Both the position numbers and the translations under genes were made by a program. Below the pieces are notes generated by a model. That model was not told where the DNA came from, made no database searches, and saw nothing but the letters and a program-made list of their open reading frames with translations. From Psammoneis japonica (lineage: Eukaryota): a stretch of DNA of 60,442 nt. The stretch covers positions 186,001 through 246,442 of the forward strand of contig QPGO01000125.1 in assembly GCA_008632985.1 (NCBI GenBank). Direction: 5' to 3'. Shown in pieces: positions 1 through 9,322 of the stretch; the stretch's first letter is position 1; each line of letters begins with the position of its first letter.

Positions 1-280
1 TAGCAACCTTGGCCATTTCTTCTGTTTCAACAACAACATGGCGAACATATGCACCCGTCACAACTTGTGAGTAATCGACAGCATCTTGAATTCGTGTTGG
101 AAACCAGACTGATTCCTCTCGAGTCGTCGCGTCAACTGATGCGGTGTCGGCAAATAATGAGGAGCTTGATGAATGAGTCACTGATCTTTTTGGGTTGAAC
201 TGAGTCAATGGCATTGGTCCCCACGCCAAACAACCACAAGTTAAAACAATCACCAACAATAATGTGCCCGTTGATAACAT
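1..280 (-). CDS. 5' part of a plastid-targeted parvulin-type (PpiC/rotamase) protein, runs off the window
   Basis: Manual translation MLSTGTLLLVIVLTCGCLA-WGPMP...YVRHVVVETEEMAKVA: signal peptide, diatom-type A-F/W cleavage motif, Ser-rich transit peptide, then a parvulin RH(I/V)(L/V)V start. Confidence 0.6.
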   Translation of the reverse strand, partial: MLSTGTLLLVIVLTCGCLAWGPMPLTQFNPKRSVTHSSSSSLFADTASVDATTREESVWFPTRIQDAVDYSQVVTGAYVRHVVVETEEMAKVA

Positions 281-1016
281 GTCATGGATCCTGTGGATTC
301 CCTGCCATCGCCTCGGCTGTCCGATCTTCGATGACATGGCAGAGTGACGCTTCTGCATCATGAATGCTTCGATACGTGTACTGTAAGAGCTGTAGCAGAA
401 ACAAAGGCGCCGATTGATGGCGGCCGTTGATGTTGATTGATGGGCCATTTTCGCTCGTTTCTGGGAACGAGTACGGGTCTGTAGGGCGTAGGGCAGGGAA
501 TACTGTCTGATGTCTAATTTTAAATAAATAATAATATTCAATCACGAATATAGTAATGCGGAATCCGTTTTGGATTGGAGGGAGAAGAAGCAATTGTACA
601 TGTTCTACGTACTTCTACGCAATTTTGAAAATTTGGTTTAGATGGATACACTGATCACTTTAGAGTACCGTAGAAACCCGCACAGGGATAGCATTGCTTT
701 TGTGGACATTTTCCATCATTGCGGCTGGAGAAGGCTTGGCGTGTTATTTATGGCGATGTCCGGAGACTGCCGGATGCATGCCAGTCGCTGATGCGTTGTT
801 GAGGTTCAAAAAATCGAAAAGATATCGTTGATGTCGTAGCCCTACATTTCTACGTAACACACAAGTAGGAACAAAACGAATCGAATTACGCCACGTCATG
901 CCTTTGAAGGGAAGAATTTCGACAAACCAGGCGCGCAAGCTATGGAAGCGCCGTTTTTGTCGCTCTCACAACATGTTGGATGTCACACACACACAATCCT
1001 ATAGCATCGCTAGTCT

Positions 1017-2450
1017 ATGTACCTTTCCCGCCTTAATCTTTTAGACTATCAACACTCTACTAGTAGAGGTACTGACACTCCAAGGCGCTCGACTTTTGGT
1101 ATGTTGTCTTCAACGGTACAATCTCTGGACCCGTCGCGAAAGGAAGCAGGGACAGAAGTCAAGAATGCGTCTCAGGATGGATTCTCAAGGGGCAAAGTTT
1201 TTCGCGCAAAGGAGATCACGAGTGACAATGAGGTTCATTCCCCTGGAACATGCATTGGATGTGGTGTCCGCACCCACAAGATTAAAAGGTTCAGCGCAAA
1301 CAAGCCAATCACCGGTGCCAATGTGTACAAAGGAATTTGCATCGCATGCAACCCGGAACTTGCCCCTCAGAAAGCTCTCGAAAGGGATGAATCTGTGGAT
1401 GAAACACCGGTCAGTGTCATAACGATTACTAATTCCTCTACTGACTCGCAAGCTTCCTTTGAAGACTCGGTCGCTACCTACGACGATGATGCTGGTCCTG
1501 TTGACGAGCCTACGAAGGGCCCGGGTCGTTCGACCTCCGAACGCATTGTCCAATACGTCTCCTCGGATATCGTTGAGGAAAAAGTCGCGTTCAACGACAT
1601 CTCCGCGCTCAACGCCGCCAGCCAAGCGATGACTGAAGCGCTGTCGACTATGGATGCCCTCTCGATCCATGATGCAGTCGGGTTGCTTACAAAAACAGCA
1701 GAGACTGCGACGTTTGTAAAGAAGTTTTTTCCTGGGGCCATTGGAAGTTCTCAAGTCCTGAAACAAGTTGCACCGGTTATCGAACGCAAGGGGTTTACAC
1801 CAGAAAACACGCTTTTCGCTCAAAGCATCTGCCCCGACGAGATCAATCACGAGCCCGAGGACTTGCCGAATCTATTTGCCGAATATCTCGGTGAGGTGTT
1901 TCATTTGGGTGGGTTGGCTGGAGTCCCCTTTACTGGAAAGACGGGTTTCGGTGCCTTCAGTCATCACGTTCCAGAGTCGGGGCATTTGTTTATTCTCATG
2001 GCACCGCACATTGGTGTGTCGGATGACTTGAAACTCGGTCAGTACAGTCGTCTTGGACAGACTCACAATGGAGCTGCTTGTGGAGCCGCGTGTGGAGCAT
2101 TGGCTCACTGCTGTGCCAACAAGCCTCTTCCGGACTTGGCTAGCGCCCATAACGACTATCAAATGTCGTACCTAATGCATCAGATCAACAAGCGAAAGGA
2201 TATCATTTTGTCCAATGAAGGAGAGAACGGGATTCAGGCTGCTCTCGCGTATGAGACATATGATATCGCCAAGGAGATGCTAGACGCGATTGTTTCTCTT
2301 GAGTTCGGGGACGAACACAGCTCCTTGGTTCTGCTCACTGGCATTCAAATCAACATGCCCGACCCGTTTGAGGACTACTTCCAGCCATTATCGTTTGAAA
2401 TGCTTACCAAGGACGGGCAAAAACATGATTTGTTCGACAAAGCCTTTTAA
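1017..2450 (+). CDS. LCIB/LCIC-family (theta-type) carbonic anhydrase with N-terminal CxxC..CxxC extension (start may be ATG 1101)
   Basis: LCIB motifs SICPDEIN, FHLGGLAGVPFTGKTGFGAFSHHVP, APHIG, AACGA (Cys-His-Cys Zn ligands). Confidence 0.92.
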   Translation: MYLSRLNLLDYQHSTSRGTDTPRRSTFGMLSSTVQSLDPSRKEAGTEVKNASQDGFSRGKVFRAKEITSDNEVHSPGTCIGCGVRTHKIKRFSANKPITGANVYKGICIACNPELAPQKALERDESVDETPVSVITITNSSTDSQASFEDSVATYDDDAGPVDEPTKGPGRSTSERIVQYVSSDIVEEKVAFNDISALNAASQAMTEALSTMDALSIHDAVGLLTKTAETATFVKKFFPGAIGSSQVLKQVAPVIERKGFTPENTLFAQSICPDEINHEPEDLPNLFAEYLGEVFHLGGLAGVPFTGKTGFGAFSHHVPESGHLFILMAPHIGVSDDLKLGQYSRLGQTHNGAACGAACGALAHCCANKPLPDLASAHNDYQMSYLMHQINKRKDIILSNEGENGIQAALAYETYDIAKEMLDAIVSLEFGDEHSSLVLLTGIQINMPDPFEDYFQPLSFEMLTKDGQKHDLFDKAF

Positions 2451-3175
2451 GTACGAGCAATGCATTCCAGACTGCATCAATTACCGTGTATATAACGATT
2501 GATGTGCACAAGAGAGCAATATGGGGACTAACGAATTGAATTTCATAACATAACTTTTTCGTCAACTACCTTGCTCTGCTCACACATAGCTGGCAACAAC
2601 AGACTTTCATCAGCTGAATAGAATAGCAGAATAATATGAAATTTCCTTTACAAAATGTTGGCCCGAGGCTAGTAGTAGAGAATAATTACGACTGACCAAT
2701 CCGTCAGAGCCATGTCCCAGAGAGGGAGAGAAAGCGTGCCAAAAGGTAAACTACGTCGAATCCTCACTAACCTCTACGACCATGACAGACATCCACCGCT
2801 CGCAACCCGTGTGTTGCGACCGACATGTTCATTTTTTGTCGCAACAACAACTAGTCAGTCTTCCGTCGACGACGTCGACGAGCTTCCGACGACTCCTTGA
2901 ATCCGTCTTGCTTCCAATTCCTCCCCTCCACCATGAGCCCTCCAAGTGCAAGTATGACCAGCAATTGCATCATGAGGGCGTGATTGCAATGTACTTGCGC
3001 TAGATTCATTTATTCGTAGCAACTATAATTTTCCTTACCCTGCCACTGTAGATGCCAATTGACGCAAAAGGCATTTCGAATCATGGGTTATTCGCACAGA
3101 AAATCATCAACTACAGTGATAACCTCCCTAGCTAGAGAGATCTTCACCTTCTTCCACAAGATTTGCTTAATGAGC

Positions 3176-5122
3176 TTAAAAGTGCGAGATACTTGCTTTC
3201 CTCCTTACAGCTGAAACACCTAGATATTTGAGTCGACTGATGGAGCTGAGATCCGATGCAATGTAAATATCCCAAATTGATCGCCAAAGCCACTCGTCAA
3301 TGCGCTTGTGGTGATTTGATTTGCGACTTCGTCCGCCACCTTTGATCTTCCATCTTTCCAAGCAAAATGCGGCGTCAGATAGTAGTTGAAGTGTAGCGTA
3401 AGCTACAAGTAGTTTCCGCACAGCATGTGAGTCTTCTTTCAAGAAAAACTCGTCCACAAGCCGACGCACAGTGACATTAAAAGCCGAATAGACCTGAGGA
3501 AGGAGTTTCTTGGTCTTCTTGGTAATCTTAATCCTATCTCTCTGTCCATCCTCTTCAACAAGTTCAAATCGGTTCTCCCATCCACGTCTCTTCTCCCAGT
3601 CATCAACCATGCCCAGGGTATGAAAGAATGAAAATAGGAATTTGGTCAGGAATGCAGGAAGCGGCATGAGCTTGGGCTCTCCCATGTCAAAAAGATAAAG
3701 CAGCTTGTCCGTGTCGAGGAAGAGATTGTGGAGCCCCCCGTCTGCTAGGCCGCCATTCCAGAGTCGCTCTTTCGCGGCAGGACTTTTCAGACTCGTGGCC
3801 TCCTCCAGCAGCGTTCGCCATGAGTCACACGTGTATCCATGAGCCTCCATCGCAGCAGGAGTCTTTCGCTCACCTACAAACACTTGATTCATGAGCGTTC
3901 CTTCTTTGAGCAAAAGTCCCAGCATCGTCGCGGGAACAATCTCATCAGATGTCAAATGCAAGTCCCCACTACGAAATGCCTTGCCCATCCGTCGCAAGAG
4001 AAAGAAGCGACCCTTCTCGGGATGCCAGTTCTTCTTGAAAGAGAAGCCCACAAAGGCGTCGGTCTCTGTCGACACCTCACAAGGCAGCATGCATCGATCC
4101 TTTTGGGCCTTCCTGCACTCGTTACGTACAGTTTCAACTGCGTCTTTTTCACAGGGTTTGGCGAGACTCTGCAAGTTGCAAATGACAACAATGCACTCCT
4201 CTGTGAGTCTCTCTAAGAGCTTCCCTTCCAAATTGCCGTTCGCGAGATGAAACGCCGCAGTTTTCGGGCAAGGCCCACCTGTTGCCTTTTGAGCGAGAGC
4301 AAACTTCCATCGTCGTTTCCTCTGCAATGTCGCCAGCTCATCCACAAATGATTTCAAACAGACATGTCCTTCAGAAGGGGCACCATGGTGCAGAGCGCAC
4401 TTGCTCGTGTCGACATTCGTTTCGGATCCAAGGAGGATGTTCACGGAACTTGACTGGCGATTTGTGCACACTCGACTGCCCTTGACTGTCTTGCAAAGCC
4501 GAACAACGGAGCTTTGTGTAGATGACTTGTCGCTGATGTGGCTTGAACATGAGCGGAAGCTCCTTTCACTGCGGTCATCATTCGAGGCCGGTGGCATGGA
4601 CATGAGACTTCGAGTGGAACAGTCAAGCTCCCTCGTCAAAACTGACTGGTTTTCGAATCGCGTTGAGAAGCTGGCCCAACAGTCTTTTGGTTTCGCCTCT
4701 AAATGATGTGGTGCAATGTGCATCATTCTGAAATCTGGAGTGCGTCGTAGCATGTCTTGTGCTGCAGCTTTCGAAGACTCGTTCATAGCCTGACGTTCTT
4801 CCAGTTCTCTTGAAATGGTCGCCAACGCAAAAAGTTCTTTTGTGTCTCTCTCGGATCCATGCTTCATGACAAGGCTTCCCAGTGTAGGATCCTCTCCACC
4901 AAAGACGCGAACTCCACTGCCTCCACCGCTCAACGTCTTGAAATTTTGCATCGCTGCCGGTCCATGACCATGCGGATGAATTTCAGGCAGGTGCTGGTCA
5001 GGAACAAATTCCATGCGCGCACCCTGGTCATCCAGCGTCACCAGCAATCCGTGATCTTTGGGGACGTCATCCAAGAGGCGCTGATCCTTGGAGCTCTTTC
5101 TTGCGGAAAGCAACCGCAACAT
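3176..5122 (-). CDS. Hypothetical 648-aa protein with weak kinase-like motifs; 5' two-thirds hypermutated
   Basis: Long open ORF with GGGSG..V, vMKHG and DGGLHN..LFDMGEP; no Tyr in the first 429 aa versus 6 in the last 219. Confidence 0.7.
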   Translation of the reverse strand: MLRLLSARKSSKDQRLLDDVPKDHGLLVTLDDQGARMEFVPDQHLPEIHPHGHGPAAMQNFKTLSGGGSGVRVFGGEDPTLGSLVMKHGSERDTKELFALATISRELEERQAMNESSKAAAQDMLRRTPDFRMMHIAPHHLEAKPKDCWASFSTRFENQSVLTRELDCSTRSLMSMPPASNDDRSERSFRSCSSHISDKSSTQSSVVRLCKTVKGSRVCTNRQSSSVNILLGSETNVDTSKCALHHGAPSEGHVCLKSFVDELATLQRKRRWKFALAQKATGGPCPKTAAFHLANGNLEGKLLERLTEECIVVICNLQSLAKPCEKDAVETVRNECRKAQKDRCMLPCEVSTETDAFVGFSFKKNWHPEKGRFFLLRRMGKAFRSGDLHLTSDEIVPATMLGLLLKEGTLMNQVFVGERKTPAAMEAHGYTCDSWRTLLEEATSLKSPAAKERLWNGGLADGGLHNLFLDTDKLLYLFDMGEPKLMPLPAFLTKFLFSFFHTLGMVDDWEKRRGWENRFELVEEDGQRDRIKITKKTKKLLPQVYSAFNVTVRRLVDEFFLKEDSHAVRKLLVAYATLQLLSDAAFCLERWKIKGGGRSRKSNHHKRIDEWLWRSIWDIYIASDLSSISRLKYLGVSAVRRKASISHF

Positions 5123-5599
5123 GGCCCTGGTGCTGACACAGCGTCTCCAACGTTTGCTTTGTCATGGCGTCAAAGAGTCGGACCCACAGCAAATGGAACT
5201 TTCACTGATCCTTTTCTTGTCCCTTTTCATTCCTGCGATGTGTCCTTTTCTCAACTCACTGGGACACCATTTGCAACAAGTTTTTCAACAACAGCAGTGC
5301 AAAAGGCCTTTTGGTTTGTTTCTCTTTTTGTTGCATTGCATCCCCTTCTTCTTCGTCATCATCGAAGATGCATCAACTTCTTGTGAGTGAGATCCTTCTC
5401 ATTTGCGTGCAGGCGCCCCGGAGTTGTGTTGAATGAGCAATGCCATCAGCCATTAAAAAAAATCCTAGAAGCAACACACAAACAATCCATGCGACAACTA
5501 AGAAAATTCACCAGGAGGGAAAACGCGATCAACATCGCTCCCACGATCGAGGCTCGCATCGTCCACCTTCTGTGCTCTGTGTCCAGTGTTGTCACAACT

Positions 5600-6400
5600 C
5601 ACAACCCCTGGGCAATGCTGCGCCAGCATGTGCGGGCAAGATCTCGCTTGGACGATGCATTGAGAATGGTGAGCAGAGTGAAGAAACCAAGAAGTGAATG
5701 GAAAGAAGAAAAGTTCTTTCAAGTGGGTGTTGCGGCGTGTGCTCTTGTCGCTCCACTCATGAAGAAGCACAAAGCTCACAGGTGGGTGCTGGCACCAACT
5801 GTGTTCAACAGTGGATCAGTGGTGTGTGACCACTGCAAGTCCACTGTGTGGACACTTGCAATTCATTGACATCCACTTGGCACCCTCCCACAATGTGCTC
5901 CAAACATGGCCGTTTCCAATGTGACGTCTCATGGGATCAGAGAGCAGTGCTGGGCAATCGCATGCCAGACCAGGTGCCTTGTCAGGAGTGAACCAAAATG
6001 CAGTGGTTGCAATGCAGAATTGATCCAACAATTTCATGGTCACAATTTCCTCAATCCATTGTGGAAACAATGACTGCTGTGACATGTCACTGGCTGGCAA
6101 CGTTGGTTGATTTGGTGACAACATCAACATGTCAGAAGTGTTGTTGTTGTGCAGACATTCACACTGTTTGGCAGTGGGACTCAGTTCAACCAAGACTTGC
6201 AAAATGCAGTGTGATTTGCCAACTGCATTGCTGCAGTCCTTGTCACAGTGTGCTGAGTTGGCTTGTTCCTCGATGGCGCGCGCACAATGTGTCTGGCCAC
6301 ACAAGGGGGTGCCGAGTCAAGCAAAGGAACACACCCAAACCAAGCCCCTTGCAAAGGCATGACAAAGCATGGTGAGGCAATTTTGCACTGCCCTCCTCAA
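5600..6400 (-). pseudogene. Decayed partial duplicate of the COG0523 locus
   Basis: 5600-5790 aligns with 9165-9355 and 5850-6400 with 11080-11610; translation IEEQANSAHCDKDCSNAVGKSHCI versus parent IEDESNSAPYDENYSNAIGQSLYV. Confidence 0.9.
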
Positions 6401-6893
6401 AGCATTCCATGGTGACCAGCAATGGAATGTGCCGCAGGAGTGACAATTGTTCGTTTGGCCAATGGCAGAAGAACGGCAGAGGGAACTTTGTGATTCACCA
6501 GATGTGCTCTCACCTGCACAATTGCGGAACTTCAGAATGAGGGAACCAAGATGGTGGCACACAATGGGACGAGTGGTTTGTCGACCCACGCAAATGGCGA
6601 ACCGAAGCAGCGGCTCAATTTTGCACGGTGTGAGTGGAACGACTTGTTAAAAAATTGTCTGTTCACCTTGCTCAGCCCACCTTTCTAGCATCGTCTTCAC
6701 TTTGTGAATGTCAGCATGCAAGTCAGTGTCACTTGCATGGTGCCTGGGACCTCCATGAAACACCACAGCCGCCAAAAATGCTGCGGACTCCAACAGAACG
6801 GATCTGTGATGTGTTGTGTGTTTGCCAGCGCTTTCAGTGTGCTCCACACGAATCCAGCCAGCAAAGTAGAGTGTCGTTGGTTGGCAAGCTGCT

Positions 6894-8000
6894 TTAGCAG
6901 CCACCGCCGAAATTGCAGAAGACAGGGAAATGTCGAAATTTTGAATGCCAGCTCGTGTTGCCGGGTGCAATGATTCCAGGCTTAAGAGCTGCAATGGGGC
7001 ACTGGTTGTTTCTGATGGATCCGCTCACCCTTGGGATGTCAATGGCATCGGAATCGAGTTCAATGCATCCATTCTCAATCTTGTTGTTCTTGATGAACCA
7101 GTCTTCTTCGACTGCCTTGTTGTTTGGAACGTTTGTGAAGTGACTGACACCTCGAGCCTTGCACCTGGAGTTCATCCCAGAAATTTTCATGCAGTTGTCC
7201 TTGATCACCACGTTCTTCAAGTGCCATGGAAATGTGTTCTCGCAGACGTGCATGAGGGTGCTGGAATCACGGAAATCATTGTCGACAACCTGGATTTCTT
7301 CACCGTTTCTCAATTTCAAGGACCCTCCATCACCAGCGGGCGTCCAACCAGACACGCAGTTGTTTTGGATCACAAGCTTTGTGAAGCCAATTGCGCAAAT
7401 GCCGTGGCCCATTTCCTTTCCACCTGTTCGAATGACTTGATTGTTCTGAATGATGGTGTCATGCGTTCTCTTGTCTAGAATGTTGCCATCGGACGCCTTG
7501 TCAAGCCCACCGTTGATGTTGATGCCTGCATCCAAGAAGCCCTTGATGGTGTTTCCATCGATGCACAATCCAACACTGTGCCACGACCAAAGAATTCACA
7601 TTTGGTGCGCTCAAAAGTGGAGTCAACTACGCTGCCATTCTTGCAACACTTGAACATGACAAACTTGTCCTTTTTGGGGTTCTTGAAAGTGCAGTCAACC
7701 ACTTGTCAGTTTCGGCCCTTCGCATGATCTTGATTGCCTTCAAACAGAATGCTGATGCCAACAAAGTCAATCTTTTTAAAGATCACGTTGCTCAAGTTTG
7801 CAAGAGCAAACTGGACGTCGTTTCCAGAACTGCGGGCAGAGAGCTTGGCAGCGCCACTGCCCCGGAATGTGATTCCGCTCTTGAGTGCAATTGGTTTGGT
7901 GATGGTGTGGGAACCATCCACAGATGGATTGCATCTCCCTCACCAGCTTCATCAATTGCACAATTGCTTTCTGTGTCTTTCCTTGCAACGCGCCCTTTTC
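6894..8000 (-). pseudogene. Right-handed beta-helix (pectin-lyase-like) protein remnant
   Basis: Consecutive ORF fragments 7706-7921, 7475-7702 and 6894-7568 with beta-helix periodicity (IALKSGITFRG, IDGNTI, IIQNNQV, VIKDN, IKNNKI); stop and frameshift; no Tyr in the 224-aa fragment. Confidence 0.7.
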
Positions 8001-8261
8001 AATGCAGTGGTCTTGGCCGCCACACTTGGTGTTCCACAGTGGACGAGAAGGCATGCAAACAGGGAGCTTTGTGCTTGTTTCATCTTCGCAGATCTCGAGC
8101 AGAAAGCTTGCAGACTGTCCGCAGTTGAGAGGAGAAGCAGAAAGCTCAAAACTGGGCAAAAGTGAATGACTGGGGTGTGTCTGGACAGCAGCTGTCCGGA
8201 GAATGGGGATCATGCATGCAGCATGCCAAGCGTTTTCGTTTCATTGTCAAGCTCTCTGCTG

Positions 8262-8933
8262 ACCCCACTCGGGCAAAAAATCGAACCACTCAGTGGTTCG
8301 CAACTTGCACAGCGTGAAACTCGCCACTGACCAGACAAAGCAGCACCTCCCAGCAAATGACTTGTCAATGGAGGCAAAAAGCCATCGTTTTTAATTCAGC
8401 ATGTTGTCAGCTGCCACTCGTGTATGGAGCACGGTCGCCGTCAAATTACCGTCATGGTCACACTCGGTGATTTTCTCACCCCGCAGAAACAACCGCAGCG
8501 AGCAGCGCAAAAAAAAACATCGAACCATTGGATGGTTCGCTGCGTAGATAAGTGCCAGGAGCCCCGTAGAATTGGTGAACCATGAGGTGGTTCGGGAGGA
8601 CGAGCGTAGAAATATACGTGCATTTTGCACCAGAGGGTCGAATGAAAAATCGAACCAGAAAAATGACGCTCACGATGAACAAGACGGTGGCAGTGCGGAG
8701 ACTTTTAAGAACGCAGTAAACCACAAATAAAGCACAGATGTTGTCAAACAGACTTTGCTGCATTGACTGATGCAAAGTTATTACAAATATCTCATTATCT
8801 TTTACGCTTTTACCCATCATCTATCGGTTCGTTTTTGGCTTGCCGCGAACCACTTGATGGTTCGGGGCAGGAATCGCGCGCATTCGTGATTTCGCGCGGC
8901 GAACCACTGCATGGTTCGCGCTGGGAGTGGGGC
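8262..8933. mobile_element. Putative non-autonomous DNA transposon (MITE) with five CGAACCA-N5-TGGTTCG palindromes
   Basis: Short TIR CCCCACTC (8263-8270) / GAGTGGGG (8925-8932); palindromes at 8282, 8521, 8576, 8846, 8900. Confidence 0.6.
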
Positions 8934-9322
8934 TAAAGAGTGAAGAGTAGTACCGTAGGAACTTCTAGCTAGAGAATTTTGATTTTTTGGCAGAGCGACA
9001 AAAAAAAAACCCGCATCCCACGCGAGTCCCGAGTAGTACCGGTAGACAGAAACGCACGAGAATGGCTCACATTTTCTACAGTATCTACTTCTATCGGTAT
9101 TTCAACTTGTATTAGAAAATGGGCACAAGACTAGGACCATGATCGTCTTGATATCTTATGTGTCATCACAACCATGGGCATTGCTGCACCAGCATCTACT
9201 GACAAGATCTCGCTTGTAAGATACAATGAGAATGGCGAGCAGAGTGAAGCAACCAAGAAGTGAATGAAAAGAAGAAAGGTTCTTTCAAGCGGGTGTTACG
9301 TGCGTGTCATTCGTCGTTCCAA

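Larger units (their letters stand above)
4150..8390. other. TpA-depleted hypermutated block 1
   Basis: TAC/TAT/GTA/ATA nearly absent; residual TAs mostly in (C/T)TA(A/G); ORFs rich in Cys/His and lacking Tyr. Confidence 0.9.

Noticed and set aside
8282..8918. CRISPR-like array
   Set aside because: Eukaryotic context, irregular spacing, variable centres within the repeats and no cas genes
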